From Squalus acanthias (Eukaryota), in NCBI GenBank assembly GCA_030390025.1, contig CM059452.1, forward strand, positions 5,766,001 through 5,830,000: a stretch of DNA of 64,000 bases, given 5' to 3'. This document shows, piece by piece, positions 37,429 through 51,168 of the stretch (position 1 is its first letter; the number at the start of each line of letters is the position of its first letter). Position numbers and translations under genes: made by a program. The notes under the pieces were generated by a model. It worked only from the letters and a program-made list of their open reading frames with translations, was not told where the DNA came from and did not search any database.

Positions 37429-37871
37429 AGAGTAAAGCTCCCTCTACACTGTCCCATCAAACACTCCCAGGGCAGGGACAGCACGCGTTAGCTACAAAGT
37501 AAAGCTCTATCTACACTGTCCCAAATCATACAACCAGGGCAGGGGCAGCATGGGTGAGATAAAGTGTAAATTTCCCTCGACACTGCCCCATCAAACACTC
37601 CCAGGGCAGGTACATCACAGGTTAGATACAGAGTAAAGCTCCCTCTACACTGTCCCATCAAACACTCCCAGGGCAGGTACAGCACGGGTTAGATACAGAG
37701 TAAAGCTCCCTCTACACTGTCCCATCAAACACTCCGAGGCCAAGAACAGCACGTTTTAGATACAGAGTAAAGCTCCCTCTGCACTGTCCCATCAAACACG
37801 CCAAGGGCAGGTACAGCACGCGTTAGATACAGAGTAAAGCTCCCTCTACACTGTCCCATCAAACACTCCCA
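37429..37871 (-). repeat. 67-bp satellite, inverted
   Basis: Reverse complement of the monomer. Confidence 0.97.
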
Positions 37872-38966
37872 GTTTATCCAATGTACAGGTTACATTTTAT
37901 ATGAATGCTCCCTCTGCGCACTCCAATCAATTTGGTTCGAGGCCTATGAATAGGGCTGAGGGAACACTTTTGTAAGACGTTGACATCTTGTTTTGGGGTA
38001 AAGACAATGATCCATTCTTGAGAGGCAAGACAGAAGGTGGAAATAGGAGAGAGAGGCAGAGAGGGAGAGGATACAGGAAATCTCCACACACACATTTGTG
38101 ATGTCACTATGTGCGGTGACTTGTGGGAATCTTTCCCCATTCTGAACATGGATATCATCTTTACTTTATTCTCCTATAACTTAGAGAAATGTCCCAAAAA
38201 CAATTGTTGCTGGAATCCGTTGAGACATTTGCATTTCTCTCTTTATTTCTGTTCTGTGTTGGTGGGGAAACATTTATTGTGTTTCTGTCGCTCAATACTC
38301 TAATCTGGGACTTCTATTTCTGTGTTTATTTACATAAACGCCTCACTGGTTTCCATGAAGTGTTCATGGCAGCAAAACCAGATCAACAAAGTCACTTATT
38401 GATTCGTTTCAACTCACAACAAGGGTTTATTTTAAGAATATTGACATGCGGTACAAAATGAATAGAAATATCTCGAACAGTGACATTGGATTCAGTTTTG
38501 TTCAATTAAAACAGATGTGATTTATAACTGAGGAAAAAATATTAAAATTAAGAATTCAGTTCTGAAAGTTCTGCTGCCGAAATCAATGGGACATCTGTGA
38601 ACAGGCTGGTGATCCACTGGATGTCCATTTAGTGGAAGCTTCAACCCATTAAAATGTTGTCATTTAGAAAGAACTTGCATTTATATAGCGCCTTTCACTG
38701 CCTCAGGACGTCCCAAAGCGCTTTACAGACAATGAAGAACTTTGGAAGTATAGTCACTGTTATAAAGTAGGAAATGCTGCAGCAAAATTGCGCACAGCAA
38801 GCTCCCACAAACAGCAAGGAGATATTGACCAAAATATCTGTGTTTAGTGATTTTGGTTGACGGATAAATATTCACCAACATACCAGGGCGAACACCACTG
38901 CTGTTATAGAGTCATAGAGTCATACAGACATAACGGCACAGAAAGAGGCCATTCGGCACATCAAGT
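37872..38966 (-). repeat. Cassette copy 4 (near-identical inverse of copy 3; octamer 38227-38234)
   Basis: ORF-track translations are identical to those at 22298-22885. Confidence 0.95.
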
Positions 38967-41900
38967 CCCTCTACACTCTCCCATCCAACAGTCCCAGGGC
39001 AGGTACAGCACGGGTTCGATACAGAGTGATGCTCCCTCTACATTATCAGATCAAACACTCCCAGTGCAGGCCCATCACGGATTAGATATAGAATAAAGCT
39101 CTCTCTACACTGTCCCATCACACACACTCAGTGCAGGGACAACATGGGTTTGAACAGTGTAAACCTCCCTCTACAATGTAGCATCAAACACTCCCAGGGC
39201 AGGTACAGCACGGGTTAGATACAGAGTAAAGCTCCCTCTACACTCACCCATCAAACACTCCCAGGGCAGGGACACCCGGGGTTAGCTACAGGGTAAAGCT
39301 CCTTCTGCACTGTCCAAAATCACACACCCACGGCAGGGACAGCATGGGTTACAGACAGTGAAAATCTCACTCTACACTGCCCCATCAAACACTCCCAGGA
39401 CAGGTACAGCGTTGGTTAGATACAGAGTAAAGCTCCCTCTACACTGTCCCATACAACATTTCCAGGGCAGATACAGCACGGGTTAGATACAGATTAAAGC
39501 TTCCTCGACACTATTCCATCAAACATTCCCAGGCCAGGTACTGCACGAGTTAGATACAGAGTAAAGCTCCCTCTACACTGTCCCATCAAACACTCCCAGG
39601 GCAGGTACTGCACGAGTTAGATACAGTGTAAAGCACCCTCTGCACTGTCCCATCAAACACTCCCAGAACTGGTACAGCACGGGTTAGATAGAGAATAAAG
39701 CTCCCTCTACACTATCCCATCAAAATTGCAGGGCAGGTAAAGTACAGGTTAGATACAGAGTGATGTTCCCTCTACAATGTCCCATCAAACACTCCCAGGG
39801 CAGCTACATCACGGGTTAGATACCGAATAAAGCTCCCTCCATACTGTCCCGTCAAACACACCTAGGACACGTATAGCACGAGTTAAATGCAGAATCAAGC
39901 TCCCTCTACACTCTCCCAACAAACACTGCCAGCGGGGGTTAGATACAGAGTAAAGCTCTGTCTACACTGTCCCATCAGAGAATCCCAGGGCAGGGACACC
40001 ACGGGTTAGATGAAAAGTAAAGCTCCCTTTACACTTACCCATCAAACACTCCCAGGGCAGGGACAGCACGGGTTAGATACACCTTAAAGCTCCCTCTACA
40101 CTGTCCCATCAAACACTCCCAGGGCAGGGGCAGCACGGGTTAGCTACAGATAAAGCTCCCTCTATACTGTCCCATCAAACACTCCCAGGGCAGGGAAAGC
40201 ACGGGTTAGCTAAAGAGTAAAGCTTCCCTTACACTGTTCCAATTCACACACCCAGTGCAGGGACAGCATGGGTTGAATACAGTGTAAATCTCCCACTAAA
40301 CTGTCCCAGCAAAGTCTCCCAGTGCAGGTACAGAATGGGTTGAATACAGAGTAAATCTCCCTCTACACTGTCCCATCAAACACTCCCATGGTAGGTATAG
40401 CACAGGATAGATACAAAGCAAAGCTCCCTCAACACTGTCCCATCAAACACTCGAGGGCAGGTACAGCACGGCTTAGATACAGAGTAAATCTCCCTCTACA
40501 CTGTCCCATCAAACACTCCCAGGGCAGGTACAGTACAGGTTAGATACAGAGTAAAGCTCCCTCTACACTGCCCCAGCAAAGTCTCCCAGTGCAGGTAAAG
40601 CATAGCTTAGATACACAGTAAAACTCCCTCTACACTGCCCCATCAAACACTCCTACTGCAGGTACAGTACAGGTTAGATACAGAGTAAATCACCCTCTGC
40701 ACTGTCCGACCAACACTCCCAGGGCAGGTACAGTACAGATTTGATACAGAGTAAAGCTCCCTCTACACTGTCCCAGCAAAGTCTCCAAGTGCAGGTACAG
40801 CATGGTTTACATACAGAGTAAAGATCTCTCTGTACTGTCCCATCCAACAGTCCCAGGGCTGGTACTGCACGGATTAGATACAGAGTAAAGTTCCCTCTAT
40901 ACTGTCCCAAATCACACACCCAGGGCAGGGACAGCACGAGTTAGATACCGAGTAAAGCACCCTCTACACTGTCCCATCAATCACTCCCAGGGCAGGTACA
41001 GAACGGGTTAGATACAGTTTACAGCTCGCTGTATACTGTCCCATTCAACACTCCCAGGCCAGGTAAAGCACGGTTTAGATACAGTGTAAATCTCCCTCTA
41101 CAATGTCCCATCAAACATTCCCAGGGCAGGTACAGCACGGGTTAGATACAGAGTAAAGCGCCTTCTACACTGTCCCAGCAAAGTCTCCCAGGACAGATAC
41201 AGCACGGGTTAGATACAAAGTAAAGCTCCCTCTACACTGTCCCATCAAACACTCCCAGGGCAGGTACAGCACAGGTTAGATACAGAGTAAAGCACCCTCT
41301 ACACTTCCCATCAAAAATTCCAGGCCAGACACAGCAAGTTTAGATACAGAGTAAAGTTCGCTCTGCACTGTCCCATCAATCAATCCCAGGGCAGGGTAAG
41401 CACGGGTTAGATACAAACTAAAGCTCCCTCTACAGTGCACCATCAAACAGTCCCAGAACTGGCACAGCACGAGTTAGATCCAGAATAAATCTCCCGCTAC
41501 ACCGTCCCATCAAACACTCCCAGGGCCGGTACAGTACAGGTTAGATACATAGTAAAGCTCCCTCTACACTGTCCCAGCAAATTCTCCCAGTGCAGGAACA
41601 GCACGGGTTAGATACAGAGTAAATCACCCTCTACACAGTCCGAACAAACACTCCCAGGGCAGGTAAAGTACAGGTTAGACACGGAGTAAAGCTCCCTCTG
41701 CACTGTCCCAACAAACACTCCCAGGGCAGGTACAGCACGGTTTCGATACAGAGTAAAGCTCCTTCGACACTGTCCCATATGACTCTCCCAGGGCAGGTAC
41801 AGCACGGTTTCGATACAAAGTAATGCTCCATCTACACTGTCCCAGCAAAGTCTCCCAGTGCAGTTACAGCATGGGTTAAAGACACAGTAAAACTCATTCT

Positions 41901-43325
41901 ACACTGCCCCATTCAACACTCCCACTGCAGGTACAGTACAGGTTAGATACAGTGTAAATCCCGCTCTACACTGTCCAAGCAAAGTCTCCCAATGCAGGTA
42001 CAGCAAGGGTTAGATACAGAGAAAAGCTCTCTCTACACTGTCCCATCAAGCACTCCCAGGGCAGGTACAGCACGGGTTAGATACAGAGTAAAGCTCACTC
42101 TACACTGCCCCATCAAACACACCCAGGGCAGGTACAGTACAGGTTAGATACTGAGTAAAGCTCACTCTACACTGCCCAATCAAACACACCCAGGGCAGGT
42201 ACGGTACAGGTTAGATACTGAGTAAAGCTCCTTCTACACTGTCCCATCAAGCATTCCCAGGGCAGGGACAGCACGAGTTAGATACCGAGTAAAGCACCCT
42301 GTACACTATCCCTTCAATCACTCCCAGGCCAGGAACAGAACGGGTTAGATACAGTTTAAAGCTCGCTGTGTACTGTCCCATCCAACACTCCCAGGCCAGG
42401 TAATGCATGGTTTAGATACAGAGTAAATCTCCATCTACACTGTCCCATCAAACATTCCCAGGGCAGATACAGCACGGGTTAGATACAAAGTAAAGCTCCC
42501 TCTACACTGTCTCATCAAACACTCCCACTGCAGGGACAGCACGGGTTAGATACAGAGTAAAGCGCCTTCTACACTGTCCCAGCAAAGTCTCCCAGGACAG
42601 GTACAGCACGGGTTAGATACAAAGTAAAGCTCCCTCTACACTGTCCTATCAAACACTCCCAGTGCAGGGACAGCACGGGTTAGATACCGAGTAAAGCTCC
42701 CTCTACACTGTCGCATCAAACACACCCAGGGCAGGTAAAGCACAGGTTAGACACAAAGTAAAGCTCCATCTACACTGTCTCATCAAAAACTCCCAGGCCA
42801 GGCACAGCAAGTTTAGATACAGAGTAAAGCTCCCTCTGCACTTTCCCATCAATCAATCCCAGGGCAGGTACAGCACGGGTTATATACAAAGTAAAGTTCA
42901 CTCTACACTGTCCCATCAATCAATCCCAGGGCAGGTACAGCACGGGTTAGATACAAAGTAAAGCTCCCTCTACACTGCACCATCAAACACCCTCAGGGCA
43001 GGTAGAGCACGGGGTAGATACAGAGTAAATCACCCTCTACACTCTCCGATCAAACACTCCCAGGGCAGGTACAGCACGGGTTGGATACAAAGTAAAACAC
43101 ATTCTACACTGTCCCATCAAACACTCCCAGGGCAGGTAAAGTACAGGTTAGATACGGAGTAAAGCTCCCTCTGCACTGTCCCAACAAACACTCCCAGGGC
43201 AGGTACAGCAAGGGTAAGATACAAAGTAATGCTCCATCTACACTGTCCCATTAAACACTCCAAGGGCAGGTACAGCACAGGTTTGATACAGAGTAAAGCT
43301 CGCTCTACACTGTCCCATCAAACAC

Positions 43326-43423
43326 AATTGAGAGGTCGCACAACACCAGGTTATAGTCCAACAGTTTTATTATAAATCACAAGCTTTCGGAGTTACAACT
43401 CCTTCGTCGGGTGAAGTGAGGAG
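43326..43423 (-). mobile_element. Penelope-like terminal fragment with a minimal hammerhead fold
   Basis: Minus strand TCAC-CCGACGA-A-GGAGT TGTA ACTCC-GAAA-GCTT-GTGA followed by AATAAAACTGTTGGACTATAACCTGGTGTTGTG. Confidence 0.75.
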
Positions 43424-44887
43424 AGGTACAGTACGGGTTAGATAGAGAGTAAATCACCCTCTACACTGTCCAGCAAAATCTCCCAATGTATTTACAGCAT
43501 GGGTTAGATACAGAGTAAAGCTCTCTCTACACTGTCCCATCAAGCACTCCCGGGGCATGTACAGCACAGTTTAGATACAGAGCAAAGCTCCATCTCCACT
43601 GTCCCATTAAACACTCCCAAGGCAGGTAGAGAACGGGTTAGATACAAAGTATAGCACTCTCTACACTGTCCCATCAAACACACCCAGGGCAGGTAAAGTA
43701 CAGGTTAGATACGGAGTAAAGCTCCCTCTGCACTGTCCCAACAAACACTACCAGGGCAGGTACAGCAAGGGTAAGATACATAGTAATGCTCCATCTACAC
43801 TGTCCCATTAAACACTCCCAGGGCAGGTACAGCACAGGTTTGATACAGAGTAAAGCTCGCTCTACACTGTCCCATCAAACACTCCCAGGGCAGGTACAGT
43901 ACGGGTTAGATACAGAGTAAATCACCCTCTACACTGTCCAGCAAAATCTCCCAATGTATTTACAGCATGGGTTAGATACAGAGTAAAGCTCTCTCTGCAC
44001 TGTCCCATCAAGCACTCCCGGGGCATATACAGCACGGTTGAGATACAGAGTAAAGCTCCATCTACACTGTCCCATTAAACACTCCCAAAGCAGGTAGAGA
44101 ACGGGTTAGATACAAAGTATAATACCCTCTACACTGTCCGATCAAACACTCCCAGGGCAGGTAAAGTACAGGTTAGATACGGAGTAAAGCTCCCTCTGCA
44201 CTGTCCCAACAAACACTCCTAGGGCAATTACAGCAAGGGTAAGATACAAAGTAATGCTCCATCTGCACTGTCCCATCAAACACTCCCAGGGCAGGTACAG
44301 CAAGGGTAAGATACAAAGTAACGCTCCATCTACAATGTCCTATCAAACACTCCCAGCGCAGGTACAGCACAGGTTTGATACAGAGTAAAGCTCGCTTTAC
44401 ACTCTCCCATCAAACACACCCAGGGCAGGTACAGTACGGGTTAGATACAGAGTAAATCACCCTCTACACTGTCCCAGCAAAGTCTCCCAATGCATTTATA
44501 GCATGGGTTAGATACAGAGTAAAGCTCTCTCTACACTGTCCCATCAAGCACTCCCGGGGCATGTACAGCACGGGTTAGATACAGATTAAAGCTGCCTCTA
44601 CACCGTCCCATCAAACACTCCCAGGCCAGTACAGCACGGTTGAGATACAGAGTAAAGTTTCCTCTACATTGTCCCATCAAGCACTCCCAGGGAAGCGACA
44701 GCAGGAGTTAGATACAGTGTAAATCTCCCTCTACACTGCCCCATCAAAAACACCCAGGGCAGGTTCAGTACAGGTTAGATACAGAGTAAAGCTCCCTCTA
44801 CACTGTCCCATCAAACACTCCCAGGGCTGGCATAGCACGGGTTAGATACAGAGTAAAGCTCCCTCTACACTGTCCCAAAAAACACTG

Positions 44888-45073
44888 AGAGGTCGCACAA
44901 CACCAGGTTATAGTCCAACAGTTTTATTTTAAATCACAAGCTTTCGGAGTTACAACACAGTTGTAACTCCGAAAGCTTGTGATTTAAAATAAAACTGTTG
45001 GACTATAACCTGGTGTTGTGCGACCTCTCAATTTTGTCCACCCCAGTCCAACACCGGCATCTCCGCATCATGA
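44888..45073 (+). mobile_element. Penelope-like insertion with inverted 5' part, 186 bp, 13-bp TSD
   Basis: TSD CCAAAAAACACTG (44875-44887 and 45074-45086); perfect inverted arms 44886-44956 and 44960-45030; same family as 43326-43423. Confidence 0.82.
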
Positions 45074-48000
45074 CCAAAAAACACTGCCAGGGCAGGTACA
45101 GCACGGGTTAGACACAGAGTAAAGCTCCCTCTGCACTGTCCCATCAAACACTCCCAAGGCAGGTAGAGAACAGGTTTGGTATAAAGTAAAGCTCCCTCTG
45201 CACTTTCCCATCAAACACTCCCAGGGCAGGTACAGCACGGGTTAGACACAGAGTAAATCTCCCTCTACACTGTCCCATCAAACACTCCCATGGTAGGTAT
45301 AGCACAGGATAGATACAAAGCAAAGCTCCCTCAACACTGTCCCATCAAACACTCGAGGGCAGGTACAGCACGGCTTAGATACAGTGTAAATCTCCCTCTA
45401 CACTGTCCCATCAAACACTCCCAGGGCAGGTACAGTACAGGTTAGATACAGAGTAAAGCTCCCTCTACACTGTCCGACCAACACTCCCAGGGCAGGTACA
45501 GTACAGATTTGATACAGAGTAAAGCTCCCTCTACACTGCCCCAGCAAAGTCTCCCAGTGCAGGTAAAGCATAGCTTAGATACACAGTAAAACTCCCTCTA
45601 CACTGCCCCATCAAACACTCCTACTGCAGGTACAGTACAGGTTAGATACAGAGTAAATCACCCTCTGCACTGTCCGACCAACACTCCCAGGGCAGGTACA
45701 GTACAGATTTGATACAGAGTAAAGCTCCCTCTACACTGTCCCAGCAAAGTCTCCAAGTGCAGGTACAGCATGGTTTACATACAGAGTAAAGATCTCTCTG
45801 TAGTGTCCCATCCAACAGTCCCAGGGCTGGTACTGCACGGATTAGATACAGAGTAAAGTTCCCTCTATACTGTCCCAAATCACACACCCAGGGCAGGGAT
45901 AGCACGAGTTAGATACCGAGTAAAGCACCCTCTACACTGTCCCATCAATCACTCCCAGGGCAGGTACAGAACGGGTTAGATACAGTTTACAGCTCGCTGT
46001 ATACTGTCCCATTCAACACTCCCAGGCCAGGTAAAGCACGGTTTAGATACAGTGTAAATCTCCCTCTACAATGTCCCATCAAACATTCCCAGGGCAGGTA
46101 CAGCACGGGTTAGATACAGAGTAAAGCGCCTTCTACACTGTCCCAGCAAAGTCTCCCAGGACAGATACAGCACGGGTTAGATACAAAGTAAAGCTCCCTC
46201 TACACTGTCCCATCAAACACTCCCAGGGCAGGTACAGCACAGGTTAGATACAGAGTAAAGCACCCTCTACACTTCCCATCAAAAACTCCAGGCCAGACAC
46301 AGCAAGTTTAGATACAGAGTAAAGTTCGCTCTGCACTGTCCCATCAATCAATCCCAGGGCAGGGTAAGCACGGGTTAGATACAAACTAAAGCTCCCTCTA
46401 CAGTGCACCATCAAACAGTCCCAGAACTGGCACAGCACGAGTTAGATCCAGAATAAATCTCCCGCTACACCGTCCCATCAAACACTCCCAGGGCCGGTAC
46501 AGTACAGGTTAGATACATAGTAAAGCTCCCTCTACACTGTCCCAGCAAATTCTCCCAGTGCAGGAACAGCACGGGTTAGATACAGAGTAAATCACCCTCT
46601 ACACAGTCCGATCAAACACTCCCAGGGCAGGTAAAGTACAGGTTAGACACGGAGTAAAGCTCCCTCTGCACTCTCCCAACAAACACTCCCAGGGCAGGTA
46701 CAGCACGGTTTCGATACAGAGTAAAGCTCCTTCGACACTGTCCCATATGACTCTCCCAGGGCAGGTACAGCACGGTTTCGATACAAAGTAATGCTCCATC
46801 TACACTGTCCCAGCAAAGTCTCCCAGTGCAGTTACAGCATGGGTTAAAGACACAGTAAAACTCATTCTACACTGCCCCATTCAACACTCCCACTGCAGGT
46901 ACAGTACAGGTTAGATACAGTGTAAATCCCGCTCTACACTGTCCAAGCAAAGTCTCCCAATGCAGGTACAGCAAGGGTTAGATACAGAGAAAAGCTCTCT
47001 CTGCACTGTCCCATCAAGCACTCCCAGGGCAGGTACAGCATGGGTTAGATACAGAGTAAAGCTCACTCTACACTGCCCCATCAAACAAACCCAGGGCAGG
47101 TACAGCACGGGTTAGATACTGAGTAAAGCTCACTCTACACTGCCCAATCAAACACACCCAGGGCAGGTACGGTACAGGTTAGATACTGAGTAAAGCTCCT
47201 TCTACACTGTCCCATCAAGCATTCCCAGGGCAGGGACAGCACGAGTTAGATACCGAGTAAAGCACCCTGTACACTATCCCTTCAATCACTCCCAGGCCAG
47301 GAACAGAACGGGTTAGATACAGTTTAAAGCTCGCTGTGTACTGTCCCATCCAACACTCCCAGGCCAGGTAATGCATGGTTTAGATACAGAGTAAATCTCC
47401 ATCTACACTGTCCCATCAAACATTCCCAGGGCAGATACAGCACGGGTTAGATACAAAGTAAAGCTCCCTCTACACTGTCTCATCAAACACTCCCACTGCA
47501 GGGACAGCACGGGTTAGATACAGAGTAAAGCGCCTTCTACACTGTCCCAGCAAAGTCTCCCAGGACAGGTACAGCACGGGTTAGATACAAAGTAAAGCTC
47601 CCTCTACACTGTCCTATCAAACACTCCCAGTGCAGGGACAGCACGGGTTAGATACCGAGTAAAGCTCCCTCTACACTGTCGCATCAAACACACCCAGGGC
47701 AGGTAAAGCACAGGTTAGACACAAAGTAAAGCTCCATCTACACTGTCTCATCAAAAACTCCCAGGCCAGGCACAGCAAGTTTAGATACAGAGTAAAGCTC
47801 CCTCTGCACTTTCCCATCAATCAATCCCAGGGCAGGTACAGCACGGGTTATATACAAAGTAAAGTTCACTCTACACTGTCCCATCAATCAATCCCAGGGC
47901 AGGTACAGCACGGGTTAGATACAAAGTAAAGCTCCCTCTACACTGCACCATCAAACACCCTCAGGGCAGGTAGAGCACGGGGTAGATACAGAGTAAATCA

Positions 48001-48293
48001 CCCTCTACACTCTCCGATCAAACACTCCCAGGGCAGGTACAGCACGGGTTGGATACAAAGTAAAACACATTCTACACTGTCCCATCAAACACTCCCAGGG
48101 CAGGTAAAGTACAGGTTAGATACGGAGTAAAGCTCCCTCTGCACTGTCCCAACAAACACTCCCAGGGCAGGTACAGCAAGGGTAAGATACAAAGTAATGC
48201 TCCATCTACACTGTCCCATTAAACACTCCAAGGGCAGGTACAGCACAGGTTTGATACAGAGTAAAGCTCGCTCTACACTGTCCCATCAAACAC

Positions 48294-48391
48294 AATTGAG
48301 AGGTCGCACAACACCAGGTTATAGTCCAACAGTTTTATTATAAATCACAAGCTTTCGGAGTTACAACTCCTTCGTCGGGTGAAGTGAGGAG
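48294..48391 (-). mobile_element. Duplicate of the Penelope-like/hammerhead fragment
   Basis: Identical to 43326-43423; carried by the 4968-bp duplication. Confidence 0.75.
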
Positions 48392-51168
48392 AGGTACAGT
48401 ACGGGTTAGATAGAGAGTAAATCACCCTCTACACTGTCCAGCAAAATCTCCCAATGTATTTACAGCATGGGTTAGATACAGAGTAAAGCTCTCTCTACAC
48501 TGTCCCATCAAGCACTCCCGGGGCATGTACAGCACAGTTTAGATACAGAGCAAAGCTCCATCTCCACTGTCCCATTAAACACTCCCAAGGCAGGTAGAGA
48601 ACGGGTTAGATACAAAGTATAGCACTCTCTACACTGTCCCATCAAACACACCCAGGGCAGGTAAAGTACAGGTTAGATACGGAGTAAAGCTCCCTCTGCA
48701 CTGTCCCAACAAACACTACCAGGGCAGGTACAGCAAGGGTAAGATACATAGTAATGCTCCATCTACACTGTCCCATTAAACACTCCCAGGGCAGGTACAG
48801 CACAGGTTTGATACAGAGTAAAGCTCGCTCTACACTGTCCCATCAAACACTCCCAGGGCAGGTACAGTACGGGTTAGATACAGAGTAAATCACCCTCTAC
48901 ACTGTCCAGCAAAATCTCCCAATGTATTTACAGCATGGGTTAGATACAGAGTAAAGCTCTCTCTGCACTGTCCCATCAAGCACTCCCGGGGCATATACAG
49001 CACGGTTGAGATACAGAGTAAAGCTCCATCTACACTGTCCCATTAAACACTCCCAAAGCAGGTAGAGAACGGGTTAGATACAAAGTATAATACCCTCTAC
49101 ACTGTCCGATCAAACACTCCCAGGGCAGGTAAAGTACAAGTTAGATACGGAGTAAAGCTCCCTCTGCACTGTCCCAACAAACACTCCCAGGGCAGGTACA
49201 GCAAGGGTAAGATACAAAGTAATGCTCCATCTACAATGTCCCATCAAACACTCCCAGCGCAGGTACAGCACAGGTTTGATACAGAGTAAAGCTCGCTTTA
49301 CACTCTCCCATCAAACACACCCAGGGCAGGTTAGATACAGAGTAAATCACCCTCTACACTGTCCCAGCAAAGTCTCCCAATGCATTTATAGCATGGGTTA
49401 GATACAGAGTGAAGCTCCCTCTACACTGTCCCATCAAGCACTCCCGGGGCATGTACAACACGGGTTAGATACAGATTAAAGCTGCCTCTACACCGTCCCA
49501 TCAAACACTCCGAGGCCAGGTACAGCACGGTTTTGATACAGAGTAAAGTTTCCTCTACATTGTCCCATCAAGCACTCCCAGGGAAGCGACAGCACGGGTT
49601 ATCTACAGTGTAAAGCTCCTTCTACACAGTCCCAGATCACACACCCAGGGCAGGGACAGCAGGAGTTAGGTACAGTGTAAATCTCCCTCTACACTGCCCC
49701 ATCAAAAACACCCAGGGCAGGTTCAGTACAGGTTAGATACAGAGTAAAGCTCCCTCTACACTGTCCCATCAAACACTCCCAGGGCTGGCATAGCACGGGT
49801 TAAATACAGAGTAAAGCTCCCTCTACACTGTCCCAAAAAACACTCCCAGGGCTGGCATAGCACGGGTTAAATACAGAGTAAAGCTCCCTCTACACTGTCC
49901 CAAAAAACAGTGCCAGGGCAGGTACAGCACGGATTAGACACAGAGTAAAGCTCCCTCTACACTGTCCCATCAAACACTCCCAGGCCAGGTACAGCACGGT
50001 TTAGATACAGAGTAAAGCTCCATCTACACTGTCCCATTAAACACTCCCAAGGCAGGTAGAGAACGGGTTTGGTATAAAGTAAAGCTCCCTCTGCACTTTC
50101 CCATCAAACACTCCCAGGGCAGGTACAGCACGGGTTAGATACAGAGTAAAGCTCCCTCTTCACTTTCCCATCAAACACTCCCAGGGCAGGTACAGCACTA
50201 GTTAGATACGAATTAAAGTTCCCTCTACACTGTCCAATCAAACACTCCCAGGGCAGGAATATCACTGGTTAGATACGAATTAAAGCTCCCTCTACACTGC
50301 CCCATCAAACACAACCAGGACAGGTACAGCACTGGTTAAATATAAAATAAAGCTCCCTCAGCACTGTCCCATCAAACACTCCCAGGGCAGCTACATCACG
50401 CGTTAGATACAGAGTAAAGCTCCCTCCATACTGTCCCATCAAACACTCCCAGGACAGGTATAGCACGGTTAAATACAGAACAAATCTCCCTCTACACTGC
50501 CCCATCAAACACTCCCAAGGCAGGTACAGTATAGGTTAGATACAGAGTAAAGCTTCCTCTACACTGTCCAATCAAACACTCCCAGGGCAGGTACAGCACG
50601 GGTTAGATACAAAGTAAAGCTCCCTCTACACTGTCCCATCAATGTCTCCCAGGGCAGGTACAGCACGGGATAGTTACAGATTTAAGCTCCCTCTACACTG
50701 TCCGGTCAAACACTCCCAGGCCAGGTACAGCACGTGTTAGATACAGAGTAAAGCTCCCTCTACACTGTCCATCAAACACTCCCAGGGCACGTGCAGCACG
50801 GGTTAGATACAGAGTAAAGCTCCCTCTACAGTGTCCTATCAAACACACCCAGGACAGGTAAAGTACAGGTTAGAAACAGAGTAAAGCTCCCTCCATACTG
50901 TCCCATCAAACACACCCAAGACAGGTATATCACGGGTTAAATACAGAATAAAACTCCCTCTACACTGTCCCTTCAAACACTCCCAGGACAGGTACAGCAG
51001 GGGTTAGATACAGAGTAAAGCTCCCTCTACACAGTCCCATCAAACACTCCCAGGGCATGTACAGCACGGGTTATACACAGAGTAAAGCTCCCTCTACACA
51101 GTCCCATCAAACACTCCCAGTGCAGATACAGAGTAAAGCTCCCTCTACACTGTCCCATCAAACACTCC

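Larger units (their letters stand above)
38967..51168 (-). repeat. 67-bp satellite array, inverted, with an internal ~4968-bp tandem duplication
   Basis: Markers at 40674/45642, 41276/46244 and 43326/48294 all differ by 4968. Confidence 0.97.

Noticed and set aside
36687-37502. Four long ORFs across the gap
   Set aside because: Artefacts of translating Ns.
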